Positions 38,632-50,008 of a stretch of DNA of 64,000 bases are shown here, one piece after another; the first letter of the stretch is position 1, and the number at the start of each line of letters is the position of its first letter. Source of the DNA: a virus. Below the pieces are notes generated by a model that had not been told where the DNA came from, ran no database searches, and saw only the letters and a program-made list of their open reading frames with translations. The stretch covers positions 32,001-96,000 of IMG/VR virus record IMGVR_UViG_3300048838_001106, one strand, 5' to 3'. Both the position numbers and the translations under genes were made by a program.

Positions 38632-41600
38632 ATGTACCCAAGATCTAGCATGGGAGCCTTGCTCGCGGCTACTGACACCATGAGATTTTTCGACAGGGAG
38701 ATCTCCGCAGCACTGCGCACAGATCCAGCATTTGAAGCCGCTCTATTGGCACTAGGCTGCTCAAGCTACATTGCGACATATGATCTCATTCAAATTGTGT
38801 TTACCCCCGGCGACCATCCCATATTGCATTTGATGTACGCAGACTTAGGCCAAGACGTCACGCCTTCGGTGTATTACGTACCAATCGAGGGAGAGGAGGC
38901 TGCGAAACTGATAAGGCGTCTGGACCGCGCGTGGGCTGAACGCCACGGCATTAGTGGGACGCCGGAATGATACGCAATATTTGTATCGACATAGCAGAGC
39001 AGCAAAGGCGTGACGCTCGGATGCGCGACCTGGTAAAGCACTTCGTCACCATAGACAGAGTTCTGTATGGCGACGCGGACGCTGGATACGACATATTCTG
39101 CGACGAAATGCCGCACGATGAGTGGTGGGTGGACAGTTTCGAATCAGCGATGAGCGTTGACGACAAGAACCCGTGTGTGCTCTTTGCAACATTCTGCCTG
39201 AAGGGGATGTACGAAGACGACGACGAGGAACACTGGGTGCACATCAGCGGCGCACTCGCTGCTAGATTGCTTCGACAACTTACGTCGGCAATGAACAGGT
39301 CAGGAGGATCAGAATGAACACAATCTCAAGCATGAAGACGCTGGTGGACACTAACACCCGTCTGGTCTTGCGGGAGATGGAAGTTTACTTCCTACTCACC
39401 ATGGCGCGCTACGTGTCCGCCGTGACTCCGTGGTACCACGTTGCTGAAGTCCTAAACGTTCAAATAGAAAACCTGATCGTGCAAAACGGTGATTTCGTTG
39501 TTCGATTCTTCGTGAACACTCGCGACATGGAAGGGCGAAGTGGCAGCACGCTCAATGTCAGCATCCACCCACACATGCCAGAATACAGAACCATGCACTT
39601 GCACATACAAAGGAGCGTGTATGCGGCCACTGCTGCCATGGAAGTTGGTCCTTGACACGATGGAGTTCGTTCCAAAAGTGCAACAGTACGTCGAAGCAGT
39701 GTTGGTAAGGTCCAGTCTGCTAGACAGTGACTTACTGCTTGAACTAGTAGCTGCGGCCACGTCTGCAGGGCCATTTCTGGACGTTCGCTACGCGGCGCGC
39801 AAGGCGAGCTTCGATGATCCTCTACGGATAACCATCACGTGGCACCGAAACAGGTCAAGTATGCCACAGCTGTACTCCATCATAGAGAGCACTCCTAGTC
39901 ACATCAAAGACGATGGCTCGCCCAAAAATGAGCAGTTACTTAGGCGTGTATGGCTGCGAATTAACGCAGGCATGCCGTCTGATATCTACGAGGACATCGC
40001 ATGTCGGACTTCCTGTACCCAACAGTCCAAGGGCTGAACTACCTGCAGCGCGCAAGCATTGGCTACTATCAGGTCGACCGGCTTTCCGAGGGATTCTCTT
40101 TGCATAGAGGTGCGATGCTTCGAAGCGAGGCGCAAAGTTCCCTACATCATACCGCGGGCAAGCTCAAGCAGTTGCGCGCGCTACCGAGACTTACCAGAGA
40201 CACGATGGATATCGTCATCGCCTACACTGTGCACCTAGAATGGAGTCAGGACACCGCCAATGGCCGTGCCGAGGTCCGCGACGAAGTGCAGTTCCTATTC
40301 AGGCTCTACGTGTCTCGAGAACTTCATAAAAAGGAAATCGGTGTATTCGATCAAAGCAACCAAGGTGGAGATTCTTAGCGATGTTGCCCGTTGGTATGAG
40401 CTAGAGGACATACTCAGAGAAATATCCATCGAATACCGTGCCATCCTGCAGGCCCATGCGCATCAGCGTGTGAATCACATGCGCGTGCTGCTGCCAGATC
40501 CGGAGGATATTTGCTTTGTGCGCCTGGGGTTCTCCCGTGTTGAGAATTACCCAGTGCTGCACATCTCTTATGCCTATGGGTACGACGGCAAAGCATCAGG
40601 CAAACGAAGACATATTAGCGGAGAACTAGCAGAAACAAGTGCGTTAGACCCTGTCTTGTGGGACAGGATCTGGCGTGCAATATACCGGAGGTATTGTGTA
40701 CAAAGTGGCTGAGAATTGGGCGTGGTACAAAGATGTTCTTCGATCCGATGAGCACAAAGACGCGTACTACGTAGAGATAACCCAGGCTATCAAACTATTC
40801 AACGTACTGTGCGCGGTAAATCTTGTAGACCAAGTGGGGAGGCATTGTCCCGTGTATCTCGGTCACGCGTATATCGACAGTGACGCCACGGAGATCCTAA
40901 TCACAATTCAGCGCGCGGGGTCCCCTGTTACATCAAGCTTCTGGCTAAAGCATGAAAAGCCAGAGGTGTTTCATCGACTCATGCGCATGATAGCTTCGCG
41001 CCTTCATGCAGGGGGGGGGTTACTTTAGATGCACAAGATATTATCTTACCCTTTGTGGCACGAAAGGCTGGCAGCGGACCCTGCCAGGTCGTCACTGATA
41101 CGCACGACAGAGCAGTTCACTGAACGGAATCAAGGACTCATAGCGGAGAGATTCAGCGTCAAGCGCATAGTTGACAACAAGTACAGGGACATCCCAGTCA
41201 ACTACAATGGCCCTGACCACATAGTGTTCTACCGCGCTCACGCACGCAGATTTACGATCTGCGTGTCGGGTGCATCGCGTATGTACAATCTGACCGATGA
41301 CCCCGACCTGTTTCACAAATTCTGGAGACTGGCACAACGAAACTTCATCCTTCATGGTGTGCGCCAGCTCTACTCACCTCACCTGTTACGCGGGAATGCT
41401 CATGTATAAGGTTGTAGCACCGTGGGAGCTACTAGCTGTCACACCTATCGAGGAGATTCAAGATATTTTGAACGCATATAACGAAGCGGATGGTGCTCTC
41501 AGGGAGCGTCTGGCAGATGGCTGGATGGTGTCTCACGAAGAGGCGCGATTCGAGGTAATATGGAATGCAGGGTTCGATGGCCGAATCATTGTTTTCACAA

Positions 41601-43507
41601 TGCGGCACCAAACACCAATGAGCAAGATGGGATTCTTTGCAGACAGGGTGTGGCGATTTATTCAGCGAGAGATCAATAGAAGGGGCGTATGTACAAACTA
41701 ATATCGTGGGAAGAGCTGTCAAGGAAGGATGAGCTGGATAGGCTGCTGACTCAGCTGGGTAGAAACCTCCTTGTGCGTGATCTGCTGGCCAGCAGCCAGC
41801 TGATACTCGTAGACATGGCACTAAAAGGGCGAGACTTTTCACCCATAAAATATTGCCATGTGAACGTGAGGAATCCAGCTGACGCCTATTGGGCCACCAG
41901 AGCCGTGGAGATCACAGTCAGCAACGGCTGGCTAGAGACAATCGAGCTCCGCGTCGACCATGCCTTGAGTAAACGATACCAGCGCGCGGTGTCTAGGCGC
42001 GTGGCTATTGATTCCGGGGATTTAGATGTACCCGATGCTTAGCATCAAGGATGTTTTTGAGGCGTGGTTTTACAGGAGGGGAGATTTCGATTCGTCCTTC
42101 GTGTTCGGCGTTGGCGGTGAGTTTGCCTTGCACATGCATGGCTGGATAGAGCAGAGGCATCGCGCAAGTATCGAGGCAGACTTTCCTCGGTGCCCAATAA
42201 TCCGGGACAGGACAATTCACAAGGTTGAGATTGTAACTGCACCAGGCAGTCCTCGTGTTGTCATAAACTCAGTGTTTGTAGTCGCGCTATCTGCCCGCCG
42301 AGACACGGTAACGCACAGCAGTCAAAAGATGGTCCTCATGGGTGGAACAGACGAGGTCATACTCCGATTCGAAAGATTGCTTAGCAAACGCGTGGAGGAG
42401 AGAAGGTGCGTCCTATTAAAACAGTAGAGGAATTGAGAGAAGAGGTCGGAACATACCTTGGAGACTTTCTAAGGACAGACATAGGTGCCGCAGAAAGACT
42501 TCACCTGTATGACGCAGCAAACACGCAGGCAATAGCTTTGATGGAGCTGACGGTGAAACACGCTGCGTATTTCGATGGTGTAGCGTGGGAGCAAGCAATT
42601 AGGCGCCGCGTCGAATCTCACAAGTACCATACCAGCGCACAGAGGCACTGGAGGCATGCAAATCTACGCGTTGACGACGAGGGGTGCTGGGAGCTTGTAG
42701 TATCTGAGAGGTGGACAACGTGCATCGCTCCAGAGTACCAGCGCAGCAATTTCGCGGACCTACTGTCACAGGGGGAGGGTGTAATGGTCACCCATCGATA
42801 CACGGAGAACACTGCTGTGTTCGCGTCCTTCGAGCTCCTGTGGAACACCATTCACTTTTTTGCGGAGAACTCACATGCTTCCATTCCCGCTGAACGATAT
42901 GTCAAAGCAGGACTATCTCATCTACATGCCGTACGTGACGGAAATAGTGTGCGACCTGAATGACGTCGCCAGCATGCTGTTCGGCAACGGCACTCAGTTG
43001 TGCCTACACTCGGTGTCTCAAGCTCACTGCCCGCAGTTTTTGCCGAAGCAGGAGCCTCCACTGACGCAACGCGAGCGTTGCTTAGAACGATGTGTCTCAA
43101 CGCTGGCGGTGCTGTACAGAGGCGTGCACCCAGGCTGGGCATACCCGAGGTTAGCACCTGCTCAGATAAACCAGTATCTCAGGCTGTACGACAGGCTGGA
43201 GAATGCGTACATCACGATGTCAGGGTTGGAGAACCTGCGAGCCCAGCCATGGCTCTACCGAATACGAATGCTGGGAGCAGCCAACCCTGACAAGCAACGC
43301 ATCGTGGTATCGGAAGCGGCGACTATCAAAATAGAGCCGTGGCCGCTTATGCAGACAGGGCTCGTCCTGACATTGCCAAGGATAGTGCGTCCCAGCACAC
43401 AATCGTTCGAGGTCGGAGGGACGATGCTACGACAGGTCCTGGACAATGGGTACAAGCAGTACCGCCGAGACGTGGCTACGCACGGCAATCATTGGGTAGA
43501 CAACTAG
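38632..43507 (+). other. Tandem array of 13 small, mostly overlapping hypothetical genes (likely starts 38632, 38967, 39314, 39621, 40001, 40341, 40696, 41029, 41402, 41689, 42026, 42406, 42875)
   Basis: Contiguous ORFs of about 100-210 aa with purine-rich SDs inside the previous gene; similar N-termini and Arg-rich C-terminal helices. Confidence 0.65.
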
Positions 43508-43679
43508 GGGCGGCCGGCGCTCGTTTCAAGGGGAGGTGTAGCCCGTGAGAATCCTGTTGCTGGAGGCGCGGAGTAATGCACGTGGTTTTACGTCGGCGAA
43601 CGGACGATTAGGAACTGTGCGGAGACACCGAATCGTGCCAGCGCTCAAGGTGAGAATAGTGTGACGAATAATTTTCGTA

Positions 43680-43778
43680 TTGGTCAGCTGACCAATAATA
43701 CTATAAGTATGCTTGTATAATTTTGCTTATATTACAATGTAGTACGAAAATTCGAAGTCATTGAAATATAACGATTCA
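43680..43778 (+). repeat. 99-bp perfect inverted repeat, left arm
   Basis: Exact reverse complement of 44126-44224. Confidence 0.95.
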
Positions 43779-44125
43779 TGTGTTTTTGAGTGCAGTATTG
43801 GCAGGTAAGCCGAAATACACATAGGGGTAGTAGTAGAGCGGAGAAGAGAGAAAATAGGGGTAGAGGAGGAGGAGTAATAGAAAGAAGAATATTCAATAAA
43901 TGTCATTTATTACATGTCAATTCTTCTTTACGTCTTCGAATTTTTCTTAGGTTAAAGAACCCCATCCTATCAAAACCCACCCTACATAAGATTTACATAC
44001 CTGAATTGATTTTGATTGTAAATACTGATCAGATGTATAGTGGTGTTGTTTTCAAAGTTCATTCTTCTCTCTATACGTGCCTATGTGTTTTTGGGCTCGG
44101 CGTGTTTTTGGGCTAAAAAAGTACG

Positions 44126-44224
44126 TGAATCGTTATATTTCAATGACTTCGAATTTTCGTACTACATTGTAATATAAGCAAAATTATACAAGCATACTTA
44201 TAGTATTATTGGTCAGCTGACCAA
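44126..44224 (-). repeat. 99-bp perfect inverted repeat, right arm
   Basis: Exact reverse complement of 43680-43778. Confidence 0.95.
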
Positions 44225-44720
44225 GATGCAAGTTTTTTCATAGCAAATCGGTGTGTTCGACACCGATTGCACTGTGAAATTTTCTCAAAAAAAGAGCCAA
44301 CAAAGTGTATTCCAGGGTGTATTCAAGGCTGTTTTGAGTCGAAAATGGCCTGTACGGAGCGTTAAACGGTGCTCCAGCGGTGCATCTGAAAGTGCTTGTA
44401 CGGCGCTAAACGACGCACTACGTGCAGGTAGACCATGGGCATAAGGTATTATTTTTGCTTTACAGAAGGGGGGTCCGGGGGCCGCACACCCCCTGAGAAA
44501 GCAAAGAAAGACAACGACTTGCGATGCATTGGCTATGAGGACTGGCAGGCAATGCCTGGCGCTGAAGGCGGTGGTTTCGGTGAAATGTCGGTGTGCCGCT
44601 AAGTGCGCGTGTTTTGTGATTTAGTACAACACAACGGCGATGCGTTAAGCGATGGCCTGATTTGTCCGTCATGTGTCGGCGTATTTTGCCTGTTTTTCCA
44701 CAAGACGACATTGAAATCTT

Positions 44721-45053
44721 TTGTATAATTTTGCTTATATTACAATGTAGGTCGAAATTTCAGATGTTGTTGTTTTCATTGTGGAAAAAAAATCACGTCG
44801 CTTCGTTGTATAAGCCTTTTTATAGTGACAGCACCAAAAACAGCCTCAAAAACAGGCGAGAAAATGGCGCCTTTTTGTACGGCGGTTTTAGCCCGAAACA
44901 GGCGGTTTTTGGTCGATTTGACCTGTTTTGACCGGCGACTCGTGGTCAGCAGTTTACAACTGTCGTCGGATTTGTGCCGCCATCGCTGGTGCGCTCGAGA
45001 GTTTACTTATACAATTTTGCTTATATTACAATGTAGGTCGAAATTTCAGATGT
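44721..45053 (+). repeat. 41-bp direct repeat x2 sharing a core with the inverted-repeat arms
   Basis: aattttgcttatattacaatgtaggtcgaaatttcagatgt at 44727-44767 and 45013-45053; 44721-44750 is identical to 43713-43742. Confidence 0.93.
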
Positions 45054-45203
45054 AGTTGAAACCTAACATGTATTATTTTTGGACGCCCTATTTAGTGGCA
45101 ATTTCGTGCCTTCAGACGCCGAGTTTGCCCCTGTATAGTGGTACAAGGAAGTGACCATTATAAACGCACACATAAAGTGCGCTTTCTAACCGGAGAAATC
45201 AGC

Positions 45204-45611
45204 ATGAGCAACGCTAGCAAAGCAGTTACGATGGAAGTCATCATTCCAATCCGTAATTCAGAGGACAACCTGGTCAATGACGCGCCCGACCTCGATGGCG
45301 ACCTGCCGCTTATGGATGGGTCGTTGTGGCGCGTTCGAATCCGCATCGAAGACGGTGCTGTCCTAAATTGGCCTATTGGCATGACTGCAAAGCTGCACGC
45401 CAAGGTAGTAGACTCCGGCGTGTACAGTCTGCTTGACAAAGACGATGAGGTGCTGAGCACTATCGACCGAGATTATGTTCCACAATGTTTGCAGATCAAC
45501 GATTATGGGTATGGCGATTACGTGTACCTGACCGTCGGCACTGATGGCGTCATCGACCGGTGGCCTTCCGTGGAGGAGATTCTTGAAGACTTCGAAGAGT
45601 GCAGCGACTAA
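45204..45611 (+). CDS. Conserved-type phage hypothetical protein
   Basis: WRVRI...NWP...G.Y.LLD...YVP...YGDYV; GGAG SD. Confidence 0.65.
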   Translation: MSNASKAVTMEVIIPIRNSEDNLVNDAPDLDGDLPLMDGSLWRVRIRIEDGAVLNWPIGMTAKLHAKVVDSGVYSLLDKDDEVLSTIDRDYVPQCLQINDYGYGDYVYLTVGTDGVIDRWPSVEEILEDFEECSD

Positions 45612-46290
45612 ATCTCTTGACAGGCATGTTGAGTATCTACGGCACGAGGCAGCGTTGTACGCGGCTATGCGTCGCTTGGGCCAGACAGACAGGGAGCCTG
45701 ACGACACTTTCAGATTGAACAACGAGCTGCGCCGCGTGTTTGCGTATCCATTGGGCCTGGTTGATGTGCCTCCTGCCAGCCGCCACACCCACTTACCAAG
45801 CGAGCCACTTTGCGGGTATATCATCGAGCTCAAGAACGGACTTACTGAGCATTTCGAGTCCAGGTATTCCCTGGATGAAAAGATACACCAGGAGTATACA
45901 GTCAGCAGACGACTGCCATGTGCGACGGAGAACGAACAGTGGCGAACCACTGACACATTCGAAGCAGACAATCATTACGTCCCGCGATACATGGCTTCTC
46001 GACTCTGGGCAAAGGGAGGAGGTGTTGGTAGGTCGCGCGTACTTGCTGTTGTCAACTACGCTTTTATCAGCATGGCAGGCACTATCGTCATACACTGTGA
46101 CGCATCGCCAGCAGAGATATCCGCGCGAAAAAGCATTCGGTTGATGCTGCTCGGTGGACACACGTATTACACCACCGGCACTGAGTACGCTGCAGGACAG
46201 ATTGAGCCGCATGCAACTATCGCGCACGCAACGCGGCTCAACGTGATGGCTCCTTCAGTACAACGAAACATCAAGGACGAAGATGATTAA
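45544..46290 (+). CDS. Hypothetical protein (start uncertain)
   Basis: Long ORF filling the gap between neighbours. Confidence 0.5.
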   Translation: MASSTGGLPWRRFLKTSKSAATKSLDRHVEYLRHEAALYAAMRRLGQTDREPDDTFRLNNELRRVFAYPLGLVDVPPASRHTHLPSEPLCGYIIELKNGLTEHFESRYSLDEKIHQEYTVSRRLPCATENEQWRTTDTFEADNHYVPRYMASRLWAKGGGVGRSRVLAVVNYAFISMAGTIVIHCDASPAEISARKSIRLMLLGGHTYYTTGTEYAAGQIEPHATIAHATRLNVMAPSVQRNIKDEDD

Positions 46291-46735
46291 GCATGCTATC
46301 TACGTCAATAAGGACCGATATCGCGCGTCGTACAAAGACGCATGGATCTACAAACCAGGGTGGATTCGTTTTACTGGCTTTGCTCCAGTCCCTGTTGAAG
46401 AATTGATACCCGGCGGCCATAGACTATTTGGCGTGTACAACTCGTACTATGCCGACCTGTTCGACAAATCAGCAATTGAGTCGCAGCACCACGCCAGGAC
46501 CAGTACTCTGGCGCCGCACATGCTGGTAACCCAGGTTATATTGGCAGGCACGCAAAACAAACTAACACATGTAGAGGTCGTAGCAAGGTGCGATATTCCT
46601 AAGTTTGACGAGGACATCTATTCTATGACTGTTCATTGCGACGTTTATTACGAAGACAGGATAAAGCCAGGCGGCGCCTCCAGGTGGAACTTCAGCCTGT
46701 TTGGTGACGTCATTGACAAGCTGTCGTCGTGGTAG
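46283..46735 (+). CDS. Hypothetical protein, probable paralogue of 46729..47175
   Basis: WIRFTGFAPVPVEEL...VVARCDIPKFD. Confidence 0.6.
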   Translation: MIKHAIYVNKDRYRASYKDAWIYKPGWIRFTGFAPVPVEELIPGGHRLFGVYNSYYADLFDKSAIESQHHARTSTLAPHMLVTQVILAGTQNKLTHVEVVARCDIPKFDEDIYSMTVHCDVYYEDRIKPGGASRWNFSLFGDVIDKLSSW

Positions 46736-47175
46736 CCGCTGCGGGCAAGTCTGAGGCACAAACGCACCGCTTGCGCGTCGTGTCATCTTTGCCGACGACA
46801 ACAAAGTGCGTAGCCGTTCGAACACACTGGGTACTGTTTACTGGCTATGTTCCTGCGTCCGTTGAGCAACTGAAAGGAACAAGCGTCGACATCCCTAACG
46901 GCATATTCAGAATCACCAAGCAAGGGCCTGAAATGCTTGTCATGAACATGTCAGTAGCCTGGGCAAGAGTCAGAAGCAGCCACATAGAAGGACGAGCAGC
47001 AATAGATGTGCTAGCTATGTGTCGCTACCCAAGATGGTTTGATCCGTACCACACAGTGGTAGACACCTCTGTGACTTACAGCACAAACGACTATATCCAT
47101 GACTGGTTTACGGCCAGGCTTTACGGCGAACTAGTCAGCCCAAGAGCTATGTCGTGGAGTAGCGCAGCCACATAA
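46729..47175 (+). CDS. Hypothetical protein, probable paralogue of 46283..46735
   Basis: WVLFTGYVPASVEQL...VLAMCRYPRWFD. Confidence 0.6.
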   Translation: MVAAAGKSEAQTHRLRVVSSLPTTTKCVAVRTHWVLFTGYVPASVEQLKGTSVDIPNGIFRITKQGPEMLVMNMSVAWARVRSSHIEGRAAIDVLAMCRYPRWFDPYHTVVDTSVTYSTNDYIHDWFTARLYGELVSPRAMSWSSAAT

Positions 47176-47254
47176 AAAAAGGAGTTTCAATGACAAACGC
47201 AATGTCTCGAAACCTGTCTACGACACACCACTACGCAAAGCATGGTAAACCCAC

Positions 47255-47692
47255 ATGAAAACATACTCCGTGCCTACCTGGGCAAGAGCAGACGTTCAGC
47301 CAGATAAGGACAAAGAGAAGCTGGTAGTGCTGCACACACGCTGTGTTATGCCGGGGGCACCCCGCATCAATCTCCTGGAAATCAACAACGCGTATATTCG
47401 TACAAAAGGCACGGTATGGGCTGAGAGCCACGGCGAACTCCCGCTCCGTGTATTGCATTGTGTTTCGGTGCCAGACGCCAATGGCCAGGACGTGTTTCTG
47501 TACGTCAAGGTACAGATCGCAGACGCCCTCGAACATGCAATAGTGCAAGGGCACGTCGGCATTGACGTAGCCTGTTTGTTTAACTTCCCCAAGGCGCACG
47601 CCCCCTTACCCATCAAACTGGTAGCCAGGGACGCATGGTTCCGTCGATTCGCGCGACACGTAGAGGCGAAAGACTGCGCTCCTCTACTTTAG
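47255..47692 (+). CDS. Hypothetical protein
   Basis: ORF may extend upstream to an ATG near 47189 preceded by AAGGAG. Confidence 0.5.
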   Translation: MKTYSVPTWARADVQPDKDKEKLVVLHTRCVMPGAPRINLLEINNAYIRTKGTVWAESHGELPLRVLHCVSVPDANGQDVFLYVKVQIADALEHAIVQGHVGIDVACLFNFPKAHAPLPIKLVARDAWFRRFARHVEAKDCAPLL

Positions 47693-47707
47693 CAACAGGA
47701 CTACAAC

Positions 47708-48139
47708 ATGACACCCGATAACAAGCGACTCACCGCAGAGTCTTTCCAGGACGCTCTCTTCGAGACATTCAAGGCTGCGGGTTACGAGCCAAAGAAGTAC
47801 GTGCGCAAAGAGCGACGTCCCATTACACGGCTCAAAGAGAGGCCGCCGTTGTGGATTATCGAAGAGCTGGGCCTCATCCTTGAGATATCCCATGACAGAT
47901 ATCACACGCCTCTCCCAGTAGTGCGTGTCTCAAGGAAGGACACGGACATAGCGATGGTCTGCACCCCTATTCAGAGCCTTGAAGAAGCAGACAATATGGT
48001 CAAGGTCTGCATCCTTGAACATGTGGCAGACAAGCAAAGAGAGTACGAAGCGGCGCTGCGCCAGGGCGTAGATGCCATTACGAAACTGAAACAGCGCGGA
48101 GGAGCAACAGATGAGCGAAAGACAATACCTGGTGCCTAA
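47708..48139 (+). CDS. Hypothetical protein
   Basis: AGGA SD. Confidence 0.55.
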   Translation: MTPDNKRLTAESFQDALFETFKAAGYEPKKYVRKERRPITRLKERPPLWIIEELGLILEISHDRYHTPLPVVRVSRKDTDIAMVCTPIQSLEEADNMVKVCILEHVADKQREYEAALRQGVDAITKLKQRGGATDERKTIPGA

Positions 48140-48593
48140 AGTGTGGGAGAACATGCTAGGCATCGCTGCACACTATCAACACATGTGCACGGCAAAGACA
48201 CTTGAGGAGTTCCTTGACGATTATTACCGCGCACGACACATGTTGGCTGCGGCTAAGTTGAACTTCAAGCGCCTGCTAAACAATGACCTCGACAGGTATC
48301 CTGGCAACTACTTTCACTACACACGCAAGGACACAGACGCGTTCATCAACGCCTGCTATCAAGTGCTGCAAGACACCGCAAAGAAGTGGAAACCGGCACC
48401 GCCTGAAGTTGAATACCTGACGTGCCCAGCCTGTGGCGATGATTGCTTCTCCAGACACGGTCACGGAAGTGTCTCGGAAATTGTACAAGTCACCACAGAC
48501 AAGCGCCTTGAGTACCTGGAGTCTGAGGTGTCGCTGAGTACCTGGTACACATGCTCCTGCGGCGAAGAGATGCCTCAAGAGTGGCTGTCGTGA
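48111..48593 (+). CDS. Hypothetical protein with C-terminal zinc ribbon
   Basis: CPACG...CSCG; GGAGGAG SD. Confidence 0.6.
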   Translation: MSERQYLVPKVWENMLGIAAHYQHMCTAKTLEEFLDDYYRARHMLAAAKLNFKRLLNNDLDRYPGNYFHYTRKDTDAFINACYQVLQDTAKKWKPAPPEVEYLTCPACGDDCFSRHGHGSVSEIVQVTTDKRLEYLESEVSLSTWYTCSCGEEMPQEWLS

Positions 48594-49213
48594 GTAATAC
48601 AACACACCGCGCTAAGCCTATTCGTGTGAATCAGCTGTTTAGCCGCTTCGCCAACAGTGCTATTTCGCTGGCGTCGCTGCATCGAGCAGTAATGCCGGAA
48701 GAGAAACCTTACAGCACGGTTTTCGCTGACGGGCTTGGCTTCGCCACGGTATTACCCGTCGTTTTTGTATCGCGTACCGTTCTACTGCCTGAGGACATCG
48801 AAGCAGTTAACGTTTCTGAGGCGACGTACTGCAGACAATACAATGCACGGCCAGCACAGGCACGTGGCGCGGCTAGAGTAACCGGCGCACTGATGATACA
48901 CAGCGACTTGTTTATCCACGCACTGTGCCGCGTCCCTCTTCGGCCTGCTATTACAAACCTTTCTGTCGTGGTGCCACCCCAGACAGCGGCGACTAAGTTC
49001 AAAACACACTTAGATGACGACACCTTGTTTGGAATTCCTGCATTGGTGGAATCCATGCGCTTAAGTGTAGTTTTGCAGCTAAAAGGAGCGGGGCGGCAGC
49101 ACACGCGCGTCGTCTGTGCTGGGCACACACATCTGCGTCCAATGACGTCAGCGTCTCACCAGCATCTGTGGAATTCCTGTGTTATAAGACCACATCTCGG
49201 TGTAACATCGTAG
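48590..49213 (+). CDS. Hypothetical protein
   Basis: GTGA overlap start. Confidence 0.5.
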   Translation: MSNTTHRAKPIRVNQLFSRFANSAISLASLHRAVMPEEKPYSTVFADGLGFATVLPVVFVSRTVLLPEDIEAVNVSEATYCRQYNARPAQARGAARVTGALMIHSDLFIHALCRVPLRPAITNLSVVVPPQTAATKFKTHLDDDTLFGIPALVESMRLSVVLQLKGAGRQHTRVVCAGHTHLRPMTSASHQHLWNSCVIRPHLGVTS

Positions 49214-49340
49214 CCTTGACGCGCCCATCATGGTTGATACCGGCGCCGAGTGCTTGACGCAGTATCTGAGCACTCTGAGCCCTGCATGGACCACCCATGC
49301 AGGGCTCGTCATTTTTAACATCTGAAATCTGGAGAGGAGC

Positions 49341-49991
49341 ATGGCAGGAGTTGAGAGACTTCATGCGCTGCCAGAATACCCTGGCGTAGCGCGAGATCCG
49401 TACAAAACAACGCGCCCTGGCGTGCAGGGCATCACCTCTGTTTGGTGTCGAGTAGCCGACCCGCCCATATGGGAGCCTCTTGGGCAAGGCATGGAGTACT
49501 TCGGATACCCAGAAAGAGACAGTCAACTCATCCGCGGCAAGTACTATCGAGGCAGCGCCACCGACACGCCGGAATACAATGGACTGTACTTTCCTGTGAT
49601 GTTTGCACGGCAGGTGCGTGAAGGGACACTGCATTTGCAACGATACGTTGCCGCAGCACATGTTTATGCGTCGGACAGATACGTTAGGTCTGTTTTTACG
49701 TACGCAACACTGTCACCGCTGATTAGACGCCGTAATACTAACCACACGTACCACAACATTTTTCTGTACGCGCATGTGCATTTTTACATGCCAGAAGCGC
49801 TGGTAAAGTCTTACACCAACATGCTTGAAATAGCGACGCGACGCGGCGTCAGCAACGAAAATTTCTTGAGAGATTTCTACCTACAGCGACTTACATTGGA
49901 GGTGACGCTGACCAACGAAGACAGGACCAATCCTGTCAAAGTAACGTTTAAGAGCAAGAACAAAAACGTCATTTCACCGACGCATATCTGA
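49341..49991 (+). CDS. Hypothetical protein
   Basis: GAGGAG SD. Confidence 0.55.
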   Translation: MAGVERLHALPEYPGVARDPYKTTRPGVQGITSVWCRVADPPIWEPLGQGMEYFGYPERDSQLIRGKYYRGSATDTPEYNGLYFPVMFARQVREGTLHLQRYVAAAHVYASDRYVRSVFTYATLSPLIRRRNTNHTYHNIFLYAHVHFYMPEALVKSYTNMLEIATRRGVSNENFLRDFYLQRLTLEVTLTNEDRTNPVKVTFKSKNKNVISPTHI

Positions 49992-50008
49992 ACAAGGAGA
50001 CGAACCAA

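Noticed and set aside
41011-41019. G9 homopolymer as a phase-variation switch
   Set aside because: It lies in the last codons of a gene and probably serves as the SD for the next; a 1-nt change would not fuse the two ORFs.
43680-44224. IS element or MITE
   Set aside because: No transposase, no target-site duplication at the flanks, and the core recurs outside the IR.
43680-45053. CRISPR array
   Set aside because: Only four core copies, in mixed orientation and hundreds of bp apart; no cas genes.
43790-45055. Short ORFs in the AT-rich region (43790, 44253, 44460, 44662, 44825)
   Set aside because: Atypical composition, no convincing SD, and several overlap the repeats.
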